Below, piece after piece: positions 18,807-29,444 of a DNA stretch of 64,000 bases. The DNA is from Acidobacteriota bacterium (lineage in GTDB: Bacteria > Acidobacteriota > UBA890 > WLXD01): positions 736,001 to 800,000 of the forward strand of contig CBDBHB010000008.1 of assembly GCA_965205505.1 (NCBI GenBank), written 5' to 3'. Under the pieces are notes generated by a model. The model saw nothing but the letters and a program-made list of their open reading frames with translations. It was not told the origin of the DNA and did no database searches. Position numbers and translations under genes: made by a program. Numbering within the stretch: the stretch's first letter is position 1; every line of letters starts with the position of its first letter.

Positions 18807-20159
18807 TTACCGCCGCGCCAGTCGGCGGCCGAAGATCACCACTACCCAGAACAACATCGCCGCCGCGCAGATCCCCAGTACCGGCAACCCGCCGAGCACC
18901 GCAATGAGCGGGATCGCGGCGCCGGTCCATAGTCCGCCTCCCATGATCGGCTCATGCAGCAGCTGTTTGCCGGCAAACGCCTTCACCGCCGACGACTCGT
19001 AGTCGGGATCGACCACCCGCAGCAACAGCAGGCCGGTGGCGGTCACACCCATCGACTGACCCATCTCGGCGATGCTGCGCTCGAACCAGGCATCGCTGAA
19101 GACGCGTCGGGCGAGGAACATGACGCAGAACACGTTCCACAGGATGCCGGCAACGATGAGGATCATCAGCGGCGCCAGCCCGGTGGCGACCACCTCGAGA
19201 CGAATGGTGGCAATCGCCGCGATGACCAGAAAATCGAGCGCCGCGTTCTGGATTCTCCGCATCAGCCCGAGATCGATGATGTCGTGGCGGTCGTAGTTGT
19301 CCTCCCACCACTGGATGAGCACCCCGCCGAGCATGCATAGCGGAAACAACGGGAAGCTCGCCAGCAGCCGATATTGCGCCAGACCGGGAATGACTGCCTC
19401 GACTATCAGCAAACCTTCCTTGAAGAGGATGCCGATCAAGATCGCCAGGCCGACGATCACCAGATGAAGGCTCAGCGACTCGACGGCGTCGGTGTTGACC
19501 GTCAGGTGTCCGGCGACCGGCCGCCCGGTAACTGGCAGGAACCCGGCGGATTCGTCGGCGGTCAGATCGCTGGATGGTCGTTTGACTTCCGTGTAGCCGC
19601 GCCGCACCGCCCAGTTGACCAGCGCCATGCCAACGAGGATCGCACCGAGGATGCCGCCAGTTGCCGCTGCTAGCGCAAAGTCCCTACCCTCATCCCAGCC
19701 CAGCTCGGTAAACACCGGAGCCAGGCCGGCGGCGGTGCCGTGCCCGCCCTCGAAGCCAACCGGCAGGATGCCGCCGAACAAGTCGGGCAGGCCGAACATG
19801 GGGCCGAGAAACGCCAAGACGAGCCCGATGCCGACCACGTATTGGCCCCAGGCAACTAGCTGGCCGTAGGCGAACTGCAGGCCGGCGATTCGCCACAGCT
19901 CCGACAGCTTGGGCAGAGTCACGCCGAGGAACAGGCAGGCGAAGACCACGTTGATCAACAGCCCCGGCAGCGCGCTCCATCCGGCCGTCCAAGCGGCAGG
20001 CAGCGGGTACCCGGCAACGCGGCCTACTTGCAGAACGACCAGCCCCAACAGCCCACCGATCACGCACGAGGGCAGATAGAGCATCTGTAGGGTCCGCAGC
20101 TTGGTACGCACCCAGTGGCCGAGACCAAGCAGAATGCACAAACCAACGAACGACTGCAT
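18807..20159 (-). CDS. Sodium:glutamate symporter (GltS/ESS family)
   Basis: LPSCVIGG, GFEGGHGTAAG, GQSMGVTATGLLLLRVVDP; multi-TM. Confidence 0.85.
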   Translation of the reverse strand: MQSFVGLCILLGLGHWVRTKLRTLQMLYLPSCVIGGLLGLVVLQVGRVAGYPLPAAWTAGWSALPGLLINVVFACLFLGVTLPKLSELWRIAGLQFAYGQLVAWGQYVVGIGLVLAFLGPMFGLPDLFGGILPVGFEGGHGTAAGLAPVFTELGWDEGRDFALAAATGGILGAILVGMALVNWAVRRGYTEVKRPSSDLTADESAGFLPVTGRPVAGHLTVNTDAVESLSLHLVIVGLAILIGILFKEGLLIVEAVIPGLAQYRLLASFPLFPLCMLGGVLIQWWEDNYDRHDIIDLGLMRRIQNAALDFLVIAAIATIRLEVVATGLAPLMILIVAGILWNVFCVMFLARRVFSDAWFERSIAEMGQSMGVTATGLLLLRVVDPDYESSAVKAFAGKQLLHEPIMGGGLWTGAAIPLIAVLGGLPVLGICAAAMLFWVVVIFGRRLARR

Positions 20160-20189
20160 GCGGGGCGTTGACTCCAGTTGGGACGGCGC

Positions 20190-22195
20190 TTAGTCCGGCT
20201 TCAGGCGTACCGCCCACAGGCCGGAGTAAAAGTCCGAGAAGAAAATGGTGCCCTTGTGGTGCTGCGGGCCCCAGCTGAAGACGGCGTTCGGGAAGTAACC
20301 GTCCGGATCAAACGGCAGGAAGTAGGCGATCTCTCGACCCTGCCGATACAGATCACCCATGAGCTCGCCGGATATGTCGACAACCCGAAGACCGCCCTGG
20401 ATGTATGCGATATAGAGAATCTCGTCGTGCACCCACAGGTTGTGGCTGCCACCTTCCGGGACCTTGTAGCGCGCCACTTCATGAGGCGTATCCCACTCGT
20501 CCCACTCGACGAAATGGACCCAACCGGCCTGACGTTCGGGCTCGTCCGGGCTTCCTGGCTGGCCACCGCGCAGCACGGCTTCGTCGCCGGCGATCATGTA
20601 GAAGCGATTCGCCGACTTGCTGTGGAACGGCAGCGCCGCATGGCTCCGCCGCTCGGGTTCGTGTAGCTGCCGAGCATCACCGGGTTGCGCGGTGAGCCTC
20701 CTTGACCCCCTCCACCAACATCGACCGCCACCACCCCGTCGGACCAATTGGACGAGTAGGCAATGCCATCCTCGACCCAGACATCGTGAATTGCGTGGCC
20801 TGGAGTTTCGAGCTCGAAGCGCGCCACGCGATACGGGTTGCGCGGATCCTCGATGTTGATGATCTCGTAGTATTGGCCCGCGCCTACAGCGTAAACGTGG
20901 TTGTCATAGACGAACGCGTTGTGAACGCCGCCGGTGAGATGCTGGTCGTAGCTCGACAGGATGCGCATGCCGTCCTGCGGGCTGGAGACGTCGAGAATGA
21001 CGATGCCGTTACGCCGGCTGGAAGCGCCTTCGCGGGTCAGCACGGCGATGCGACCGTCTTCGGAGATCTTGACGTCGTTGACCGTGCGCGCATCGATGCG
21101 GACTGAGTCGATCATCGCGATGGCGCTCGGGTCGGTGACGTCCCACATGAAGGCCTGACCGTCGGCGCCCCAGGTACCGGTGATGGCTTAGTCGCGGCCG
21201 TCGGTTCCCTCCCAGACCCATAGGTCCGAGGTACCGCGATCGCTGACCCGACCCTGCCCGACGAGCTCGATCTCGCGCTTGGCATCGCGCGGGCGGATGC
21301 TGACCTGCAGCTGCGTGTGGTGCGTCCCCGAGATCGCCATGACGGTGTACTCGCCAGGCAGGTCGGCAACAAAGCGACCGTCAGGCGCGACGAGTCCGGA
21401 CCCGGGCTCGCCGCGCTCGTGCTCGGTCGTTCGAGCGCTGAACGCATACTCGACAGGAGCCCCCTCCACTGCATCGCCGGAAGCATCAAGCGGCCTAGCC
21501 TCGAAGTGGATCACGTCGCCCGTACGAGCCTCGGTGGTCGACGCGGTGAGGCGCAGCGATGTAGTTGGATTGGGGGCCACTTCAATCGAAAGGCGGGGCG
21601 TGGCTGCGGCGCCGACGGCGCCTTCAACCCGGGCCGTTATCGTTGCACTACCGGCCGCCAGCAGCTTCAGGCGTCCGAAGCGACCCACCTCGGCGATTGC
21701 CGGATCGCTGCTGCTCAGCTGCACGTCATCTTCGCGGCTTGCTTCGGTAGCATCGGTTACCGCGAGTTCCAGACGCACGGTGGTCCCTTCGTAGAAGCGC
21801 TCCGGTGGATCGACGAAGACAACTGTGGCGATGGCGGGCTTCGGCACGACGACGCGGACCCGTGCCTCCAGCGGCGGCGTTTCCTCTCCGCCGCCCTCGG
21901 CCGGCCCCCTCGGCACTCGAACCAGGATCGTGTGGCTCCCAGAGCGAATCGCGCTCACCACTCCGTCGCTACTAACGCTGACGCTGCGGGCCGCCAACGA
22001 CAGAAACACCGCCCGGGCATCGTCCACCGGGTCACCGGCCGCATCGGTGATGTTGGCGTGAAGGGAGCCGCTCTCGCCGACCTCCAACCGCAGCTCGGCG
22101 GGCTCTACGATGAGGCTATGGGCGACGCTTCGTACGGCGTCCTGCTGTGCCCCTATCGCTAGAGTCGCCGCGGCGATCACGGCATATCGCAACAT
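20190..22195 (-). pseudogene. Ig-like + LVIVD-repeat protein, disrupted paralog of 31487-33532
   Basis: Three ORF pieces colinear with the intact paralog. TAA at 21188 replaces Tyr of GRDYA; 1-bp loss near 20648 in PSGW. Confidence 0.8.
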
Positions 22196-22197
22196 GA

Positions 22198-24204
22198 TCA
22201 GGTGCGTTCCGCCCACGGATACTGGAACTCCGGGCGCAGCACGTCGCCGAGCAGCTCCTGCACCGCACGGTGCCCCTGATCGAACGCCGCGTGCGTGAGG
22301 CAGGTCGCCGCGGCATCCGAGTTGGCGACAGTAATCCGACCAAAGCGTTGTCGACCGACGACCCAGGGCACCTCGTCGTATCCCCACTCCGGGTCGTAAA
22401 GGTCGTTCGCACCACCAGCGTAGCCGTGCGGCCAGCGGTTGACGGTGATCGCTTCGATATCGCGCGCCGCGTCGAAGCCACCATCAGCCAGCGCTCTGCC
22501 GAGATCATCGCGGATGCGACGCTCGAAGATCTCGAACGGCGTGGACTGGAGATCCTCGCGACCAGCGCGGAACTGGTCACGGGCCGGCAGACCCGGCTGG
22601 ATCGGCACTCGCTTCAGGTGCAGCACCATCGGCTCCGACGGGGTGCGCGAGCACACGTAGTCGCCAAGGCTGATGGCGTAGTCAAGGCTGGTGGTGCTGT
22701 GGTAGCCACCCGGAGCGTAGAAGCTCTGCATGCCGAGCTCCGCCCACGCCTCCCAGTTGCGCAGCAGCACATTCGTGTAGACGAGCGGCTGGCGCACCGC
22801 CATCTTGAGCGCCGCCTTCTGCGTCTCCGGGAACTCCGGGCACAGGTACGGGATCACGGCGTTGTAGCAGGCCATGACGCAGGTTGCCCCACGCACGCTA
22901 TGGGCCTTACCGTCGCGGACGTAGGTAACCTCTACCTCCTTGGCGGTGCGTCGCTCGCCGACGTGCCTGGCGTTCACCACTGTGCTGTTGAGACGGATGC
23001 GCACCGCGCTACCTGATTCGTCGATTCGGTCGTAGCGGATCGGCTGGGTAACCGAGTCCTCCATTGTCGTCCCCGGCAGCGCCTCGGGGTTGAGCCAGCG
23101 GACGATCAGGCGGGCGACGCTGGCATTGCCATCCGGGAAGTGGATGCTCTCGCCGAAATCATCGTCGGGCAGCCAGCTTCGGAGCGGTCGCTCCAGCCCG
23201 AGTCCGTCGAGCGCCGGGTAACGACCATCGCGCAGCGCGCCCCAGGCGCTATATGAGTCGATGCCGGCGGCGCCGTTGGATCCACCGAGTGAGAGGCTCA
23301 GGAAGTACGGAATGACACCCGGGTCCGCCTTCACGACCTGCAGCAAGTAATCCTGATAGCTGATCTTGCGCAGCCGCTGCTTCTTCTCCTCGAGCGACAA
23401 CCCCGGCAGGTAGTCGCGCTTGTCTTCGTAGAGCCTCAGCATGTCCTTCTTTACGCTGTCGGACATCGGCGTCTTGGCGAGGAACTCCTCCCAGGTGAGT
23501 GTTCCGGCGCGCGCCGGCTCGGAGCTCCGCCGCGGCCGCCCCACCACCAGGCGATCCTCGCCGAACGTCTCGCGGTCGAAGAACGTGCCCGCGCCCAGCC
23601 CCATGCGCCCGTAGAGGCTGCGGTCGGACTCGGTCTTGCGCAGAAAGCGCGGGCCATCGATGCCGATGTCCTCGAGCAGCGCCTTACCTTCGTACGTATA
23701 GCTGTTCTTGCCGTGGATCATCATCGTGCCGCCGTATCCGATGATCCGTCGGTCGCCGATGGTGAACTCGTTGCGCTTGGCGTGGCCGCCGAAGTCGTCG
23801 TGATTGTCGAGAATGAGAATCTTCGCCTCCGGCAACGCCTTGCGGAAGAAGTAGGCCGACGCCAATCCACTGAGGCCTCCACCAACGACGATCAGGTCGT
23901 AGCTCTCGCCGGTGCTCTCGACGTTGTCCCAGGTCTTGCCATCACGCATCTCATGCGCCACCTCGAAGGAGCCGTCGTGACTGCCTCGCATTCCGGTGAG
24001 GCGGGGCGGGTAGTAGTCGCCGGGCTCTTCTGCACGCCGCTTGCGCGGCGGTGCTACGGATGGCTCGGAAGCAGTCGCACTCGATGGGGAGAGACCGCTG
24101 ACGCCAATCGCGCTGGCGCCACCGATCGCCACGCTCGTGCCATTGAGGAAATCGCGCCGAGTGATTTCCCGGTCCATCCCGAGCTCACGATCCGTCTTTG
24201 CCAT
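22198..24204 (-). CDS. Spermidine dehydrogenase-like FAD protein (SpdH family), Tat-exported
   Basis: ITRRDFLNG, YYPPRLTGMRGSH, VGGGLSG, DNHDDFGGHAKRNEF, HFPDGNAS, NRWPHGYA. Confidence 0.8.
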   Translation of the reverse strand: MAKTDRELGMDREITRRDFLNGTSVAIGGASAIGVSGLSPSSATASEPSVAPPRKRRAEEPGDYYPPRLTGMRGSHDGSFEVAHEMRDGKTWDNVESTGESYDLIVVGGGLSGLASAYFFRKALPEAKILILDNHDDFGGHAKRNEFTIGDRRIIGYGGTMMIHGKNSYTYEGKALLEDIGIDGPRFLRKTESDRSLYGRMGLGAGTFFDRETFGEDRLVVGRPRRSSEPARAGTLTWEEFLAKTPMSDSVKKDMLRLYEDKRDYLPGLSLEEKKQRLRKISYQDYLLQVVKADPGVIPYFLSLSLGGSNGAAGIDSYSAWGALRDGRYPALDGLGLERPLRSWLPDDDFGESIHFPDGNASVARLIVRWLNPEALPGTTMEDSVTQPIRYDRIDESGSAVRIRLNSTVVNARHVGERRTAKEVEVTYVRDGKAHSVRGATCVMACYNAVIPYLCPEFPETQKAALKMAVRQPLVYTNVLLRNWEAWAELGMQSFYAPGGYHSTTSLDYAISLGDYVCSRTPSEPMVLHLKRVPIQPGLPARDQFRAGREDLQSTPFEIFERRIRDDLGRALADGGFDAARDIEAITVNRWPHGYAGGANDLYDPEWGYDEVPWVVGRQRFGRITVANSDAAATCLTHAAFDQGHRAVQELLGDVLRPEFQYPWAERT

Positions 24205-24216
24205 AGGGTCTCCCGT

Positions 24217-25176
24217 TTACTCTTCGGTCAGGCTCTCGAAAATGCTCTGGCCACGACCATAGACCATCTGAATGCCGCGGTAGTAGTTGAGCGGAATCAC
24301 CGTCACATGGGTTTCGTCAGCAAATACGCGGGTCGACAGCTCGAAGCCCTCGAGATTCGCCTCCCGTAGCATCCTCTCCAGTCGCCCGACGTTGGTCACC
24401 ATACGGAACGGGAGGCCCTCCGGATCTACCTCCTCGAGCCCCCCGACGGCCATGAACATGCGCGCGTCGAGCTTGTCGTGATGAGCGATGAACTCCTCTG
24501 CCTGCTGCAGAATGTTCTCGTCTTCCCACCAGATGGACGGGCTGCCGATGAGGTAGCGGTTGAACGCGTCCGGCTCGTTGAACAGCACGTACAGCCCGAA
24601 CAGGCCACCGAGCGAATCGCCCCAATAGCCGCGGTCTCCCGGGATCGTGGGATAGAGCTCGTCGATGAACGGAACCAGCTGATCGCGGATGAAGCGCAGG
24701 AACTCTGCGGCGCCACCCGATGGCTTTTCCGTCGACGCCAGAACACCAGGGACCAACGCGTCCCAGACGTCGGGGACAGGGAACTCGCCCGAATCCTCTA
24801 CCGGCGTTAGGTCGCGAGTGCGCAGACGCATGCCGCTGAGGACGTTTTCGCCCGGGTAGCCGATGCCCACCATGATGAACCGCTGGACGTCGCCGAACGC
24901 CTGCATCATGCGCGTGAGATCGGCGAAGGTCAGGCCACCCTGTGAGTCGGTCATGTAGAGAACGGGGAAACGCTCCGAGCCGTCGCGCCGGCTCACCGGC
25001 ACGCCGACGTGGATCTCGAACTCCTGATCGATGAGCTCGGACCGCAACCGATGCACCTCGATCTCCGGGAACACGAACAGTGACTCCTGGACGGCGGTAC
25101 CCGGACTCGCGATCGGCACACCCGTCACGACACCAGCCAACAACACCCCGAGCCAAGCCTGCCGACCTCGCATCAC
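24217..25176 (-). CDS. Alpha/beta-hydrolase (IroE/BesA-like esterase)
   Basis: VGIGYP, RTRDLTP, GGAAEFL, GDSLGG, SPSIWW, ETH. Confidence 0.8.
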   Translation of the reverse strand: MMRGRQAWLGVLLAGVVTGVPIASPGTAVQESLFVFPEIEVHRLRSELIDQEFEIHVGVPVSRRDGSERFPVLYMTDSQGGLTFADLTRMMQAFGDVQRFIMVGIGYPGENVLSGMRLRTRDLTPVEDSGEFPVPDVWDALVPGVLASTEKPSGGAAEFLRFIRDQLVPFIDELYPTIPGDRGYWGDSLGGLFGLYVLFNEPDAFNRYLIGSPSIWWEDENILQQAEEFIAHHDKLDARMFMAVGGLEEVDPEGLPFRMVTNVGRLERMLREANLEGFELSTRVFADETHVTVIPLNYYRGIQMVYGRGQSIFESLTEE

Positions 25177-25253
25177 GCTCTCCGTATTGACGTCATCGCC
25201 GTCGATCTCAGCGGCTCGCAGCCTCCCTGCAGTAGCCCGTCCACCCCTCCACG

Positions 25254-26651
25254 TCAGCTACTGAAACGCTTGAGTAAGCGGTACCAGAATTCGATCGAAT
25301 CGTGGAACGCGTCGATACCAACGCGCTCGTCGAGCCCGTGGGCGCGACTGTCGCCGAAGTCACCGAACAGACCTGAGACGCCGTACACCGGAATACCGGC
25401 GTTCCGAACGAACAGGCCGTCAGTTGCGTAGGTGGCCTGCTCGGGCGCCACCGCCGCACCCGGCCAGATTTCGTCGACGAGCTCGCGAATCGGTTGCACG
25501 ACGTCGTCTCGCAACGGTGACGGTGGACTGGCCACCGTACCACCGCTCTGCAACGGGCGAATCTGGATCGAGTCGTTGGCGACCACCTCGCGCAGCGTCG
25601 CCATGATGTGGCTCGGCTCCACGCCGGGCAGGATGCGGCAGTTCACCGTCGCCTTGGCTACACGCGGCAGGGCATTCTCGGCCACCCCCGACTCCAGCAT
25701 GGTCGCCACGCAGGTCGTGCGCATGGTCGAGTTGGCCCATGGATCGGCTGCCGCGAGCCGACGCAGCGCGTCTGGGTTAGGGTCGTCCTCGCCGGCGGCG
25801 CGCAGTAGCTCGCCCTCCTCGCCGGCGATGCGTTCGCCACCGATGCGGAAGCCCTCACGGGCGATCGCAGTGACGTCAATCGGAAACTGATATTGCTGCA
25901 GCTTCACAAGCGCGTGGGCAAGATCGTAGATGGCGTTGTCGGGGCGCGGCAGCGAGCTGTGACCGCCGGGGTTCTCGGCCACCAGCTCGTACGTCTGATA
26001 GCGCTTCTCGGCCATCTGGATCATGAAGGTCGAGGGCTCGCCGTTGGGGTCGAACACGCCGCCACCGGAGTCTGTGTTGAGTGCCAGCTCCGCGTCGATG
26101 AGCTCGCGGCGCTCTTGCGCCAGGTGGGAGATCCCGCCCATCGTGGTCTCTTCGTTCCCGGTCAGCACCATGATGATGTCGCGGTCGGGCTCGTAGCCCT
26201 CAGAACGCAGCCGAATGAAGTTGGCCACCAACGCCACAACGCCGGCCTTGTTGTCGGTCGTCCCGCGGCCGTAGTAGTAGCCGTCGATCTCGGCGAGGGT
26301 GAACGGATCGGCCTGCCATGACTCCGGATCGGCGTCGACCACGTCCACGTGGGCCATCGTCAATAGGGGCTGGCGAACGCCGGATCCGGGGTATCGAACT
26401 ACCAGGTTCGATCGACCGGCGTCGACAAAGACGATCTCGTCGTCGGAGAATCCGGCAGCAGCGAGGCGCTTTGCCAGCCCCTCCAGAATCCGCCGCGTGT
26501 TGTCTGGGAACGCCTCGCTCGACCGTATCTCGACGAGCTCGCGCAGCAGCTCCAGTGCGAGCGGCTCTTGACCGGTATGCGACCAGGCGATCGAGCCAGC
26601 GGTCAGCAGGCCAGCCAGAGCGGCGGCGAGGACGACGCGCGGTCGAGCCAT
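25254..26651 (-). CDS. M20/M25/M40-family metallopeptidase/hydrolase, exported
   Basis: AHVDVV, GRGTTDNK, GNEE, GGHSS, AHGLDER. Confidence 0.87.
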   Translation of the reverse strand: MARPRVVLAAALAGLLTAGSIAWSHTGQEPLALELLRELVEIRSSEAFPDNTRRILEGLAKRLAAAGFSDDEIVFVDAGRSNLVVRYPGSGVRQPLLTMAHVDVVDADPESWQADPFTLAEIDGYYYGRGTTDNKAGVVALVANFIRLRSEGYEPDRDIIMVLTGNEETTMGGISHLAQERRELIDAELALNTDSGGGVFDPNGEPSTFMIQMAEKRYQTYELVAENPGGHSSLPRPDNAIYDLAHALVKLQQYQFPIDVTAIAREGFRIGGERIAGEEGELLRAAGEDDPNPDALRRLAAADPWANSTMRTTCVATMLESGVAENALPRVAKATVNCRILPGVEPSHIMATLREVVANDSIQIRPLQSGGTVASPPSPLRDDVVQPIRELVDEIWPGAAVAPEQATYATDGLFVRNAGIPVYGVSGLFGDFGDSRAHGLDERVGIDAFHDSIEFWYRLLKRFSS

Positions 26652-27811
26652 CAGGAGATCACCACGGTACGTGCGAATTGGGCGTTGTTCTCCCAGCTCG
26701 TTCGTTTTTCGGCCAGGTCCTCCAGCACTGGTTGCATCGTGCCGTTGGCGTCGGTGGCTCGCGAAATGATGGTGTGCTCACCAGGCGCTGCCCCTTCCCA
26801 ACGATGAGAGAAGAGCTTCCACGAATACTTCGTGTTTCGCGGATCGAGCGTCGCCCGCTCCCACGGACCGTCGTCGATCCGCACCTCGACGGAGCGTAGT
26901 GGCGTGCCGTCGTTCAGCGCGAACCCGTGAACGGTGTGATGGTCGCTAGCACGGGTCACCCGGGCGATGGCCGACTTGAGCCGGATGCGCGTGATCGAAG
27001 TTTCCGTGTGCTTGAGGCTGCCACCTACCTGCTCGGCCGTCAGTGTGACGTACTCGCGGGCCATGAACTTGCCCATGAAACGGCTCTCTTGCACGTGGAT
27101 CTGATTCAGCCACTTGACCTGCGCGACCCCGTACCAGCCTGGGACAATCAGTCGTAGGGGCGCCCCTTGGTTCAGGCTCAGTGGCTCGCCATTGAGCTCG
27201 TACGCCAGCATGGTGTCGTCGCGCATGGCGTCTTCGAGCGACAGGCTGCGGGCGAACTGTTGGTCGACCAGCCACGAGTTGCCGCGACTCTCGATGGTCT
27301 CGGTACCCTCGTCGGCGCCGAAGAACACCACCTCTTTGCCTAGGGGCTCCACGCCGATTTCCTGCAGCAGCGCCCGCAGGCTGGTGCCACCCCAGAGGCC
27401 GTTGCTCACCAGCCCGTTGAAGCGACGACGGCTATTGCCGGAGCACTCGAACGCGCAGGCCAGCTCGGTGCGCGGCCGCCGGCGAATTTCCGCCACGGAG
27501 AGTAGCTGCGGCCGTGATACCAGACCGCTGACCTCCAGCGCGTGCGTCGCCGGGTCGATGTGCGGCTGGCCGTAGTGCTGGATGGTGAAGAATTCATCGG
27601 CGGGAGTGAAAAAATCGTTGATCTCGCGGATGTCGACAAAGCGAACGATCGGCGTCGGGTCCGTCTCGAACCCGTCGGGCATGTCGGTGAACGCGACCAG
27701 CTCCTCTTGCGATATCGCCGCGAGCGCCCAATCAGGCACACCGACTACGATCGAGCCCGCCACCAGCGCCCCCGCCTTCGCCGCCACACGGCGCGTTATG
27801 TCCCTGGACAT
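26651..27811 (-). CDS. Sulfite oxidase-family molybdopterin oxidoreductase, Tat-like signal
   Basis: ITRR, FECSGN Mo-ligand Cys, GAPLRLIVPGWYG, KWL, SRATD. Start at MSRDITRR (27811) overlaps the upstream stop. Confidence 0.83.
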   Translation of the reverse strand: MSRDITRRVAAKAGALVAGSIVVGVPDWALAAISQEELVAFTDMPDGFETDPTPIVRFVDIREINDFFTPADEFFTIQHYGQPHIDPATHALEVSGLVSRPQLLSVAEIRRRPRTELACAFECSGNSRRRFNGLVSNGLWGGTSLRALLQEIGVEPLGKEVVFFGADEGTETIESRGNSWLVDQQFARSLSLEDAMRDDTMLAYELNGEPLSLNQGAPLRLIVPGWYGVAQVKWLNQIHVQESRFMGKFMAREYVTLTAEQVGGSLKHTETSITRIRLKSAIARVTRASDHHTVHGFALNDGTPLRSVEVRIDDGPWERATLDPRNTKYSWKLFSHRWEGAAPGEHTIISRATDANGTMQPVLEDLAEKRTSWENNAQFARTVVIS

Positions 27812-29367
27812 CACTGTCCTCCCTGAGTTATTCGACGAATCGGCATTCCCGGCCGACTTTCCGTGGTCTCTCCGTTCTCGTAGACGATCTCGCCGTTTAC
27901 CCACACCGTGTGGATTCCAACCGACGCCAGATGCGGCTCCAGAACCGTCGAGCGATCGATGACGGTCTCCGAGTCGAACAACACCAGATCGGCGTAGGCG
28001 CCCGGCTCGATCGTGCCGCGTTCGAAGATCCCCACGTGAGCAGCCGGCAGAGCCGTGATCCTGTGGACGCCCTCCTCGAGGCTCATGACCCCACGGTCGC
28101 GCACGTAGTGACCCAGAAACCTGGTGAACGTTCCGTAGCCCCGCGGATGAGCGCCTGCCAGCCCCCCATCGCTGGAGATCACGGTCAGTGGCCACGCCAT
28201 GATCGACTCGATGTCGGGCTCGTTCATGGCGAACCCGAGCATCGACGAGCGCGCCGAGTCGCCGCCCTGCTCGGCGAACTCGACATCGGCCTTGAGCAGG
28301 CTCATCAGGGTGGCTGTCGCGTCGACGCCACGCTGCTCGGCAACCTCGGCCACCGTCAACCCGTTGTATTCCGGCTGCGCCGGGTAGTTCGCCAGCAGCA
28401 CGCCCTCCGGCGACAGCATCTCCTGGAGCACGTACTCGGCTCCGTCACGACGATCGGGATCGCGGTCTGGAAACAGCGTCAGCAGCCAGCGGAAACCGGT
28501 TTGCCAGGCGGCGTAGGGATAGATGTCCACGGTGATGTCGACGCCCGAGGCACGCGCCTCGTCGAGGACGCCGATCAGCCGGTCCGACTGTCCCCACCAG
28601 CGCGGCATGGCCAGCTTGATATGCGACACCTGCACCGGCACACCGGCCTCGCGCCCGATGTTGATGATCTCGTCGAGCGCCTCCCAGAAATACTGGTCCT
28701 CGCTGCGGAAGTGGCTGATGTAGCGCCCACCGTATTCGGCCGCCACCTTCGCCAGCGCCACCATCTCCTCGGGTGTCGAGAAGCTGCCGGGGTCGTACTC
28801 GAGTCCGGACCCGAGCCCCAGCGCCCCGGCTTCCATCTCGGTGCGCAGCAGCGCCTCCATCTGCTGCAGCTCGACATCCGTCGAGGGGCGCTGGTAGTCC
28901 TCGCCCATGACCATGCGCCGAATCGTACCGTGGCCTGCATACGAGGCCACGTTGATCGCCGCTGGCGTCTCCTCGAGCCGGTCGAAGAACTCGGCCAGCG
29001 GGTGCCGCTGCCCGCCATCCTGCCCAGCGACGATCGTCGTCGCACCCTGGCTGACGACAGCGCGCGCGTCGGGCATCTCTCCGAGCAGCCCACGGTCGTG
29101 GTGGCTATGCGTGTCGATGAAGCCGGGAGCTAGAATCAGACCGGCGGCGTCGACAACAGTGTCCTCGGGGCGCGGCCTCAAACTCCCTGTCGCCGTGATC
29201 CTCTGGCCCTCGATGCGCACGTCGATCTGCTGCGATGGGCCACCGGTGCCGTCGATGACCCGGGCGTTGACGATGAAGGTTCGACCGCTGGCTGGCGGGG
29301 CTGAGTCACATCCGATCCCCAGAGCCATCAAGGCAACGGGTACGATCGCTGGCAAATAGCACCTCAT
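27811..29367 (-). CDS. N-acyl-D-amino-acid deacylase (D-aminoacylase) family, probable lipoprotein
   Basis: PGFIDTHSH, YISHFRSE, SHIK, SSDG, HPRGYGTF, GAYADLVLFD; lipobox-like LGIGC. Confidence 0.85.
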   Translation of the reverse strand: MRCYLPAIVPVALMALGIGCDSAPPASGRTFIVNARVIDGTGGPSQQIDVRIEGQRITATGSLRPRPEDTVVDAAGLILAPGFIDTHSHHDRGLLGEMPDARAVVSQGATTIVAGQDGGQRHPLAEFFDRLEETPAAINVASYAGHGTIRRMVMGEDYQRPSTDVELQQMEALLRTEMEAGALGLGSGLEYDPGSFSTPEEMVALAKVAAEYGGRYISHFRSEDQYFWEALDEIINIGREAGVPVQVSHIKLAMPRWWGQSDRLIGVLDEARASGVDITVDIYPYAAWQTGFRWLLTLFPDRDPDRRDGAEYVLQEMLSPEGVLLANYPAQPEYNGLTVAEVAEQRGVDATATLMSLLKADVEFAEQGGDSARSSMLGFAMNEPDIESIMAWPLTVISSDGGLAGAHPRGYGTFTRFLGHYVRDRGVMSLEEGVHRITALPAAHVGIFERGTIEPGAYADLVLFDSETVIDRSTVLEPHLASVGIHTVWVNGEIVYENGETTESRPGMPIRRITQGGQ

Positions 29368-29444
29368 CTGATCTCCTTTCACGTGTGGCGCACGCGTCGC
29401 CCGCGCGCGGAGAGCGCAACACGACGCCGTAGCCTCGACGGTGT

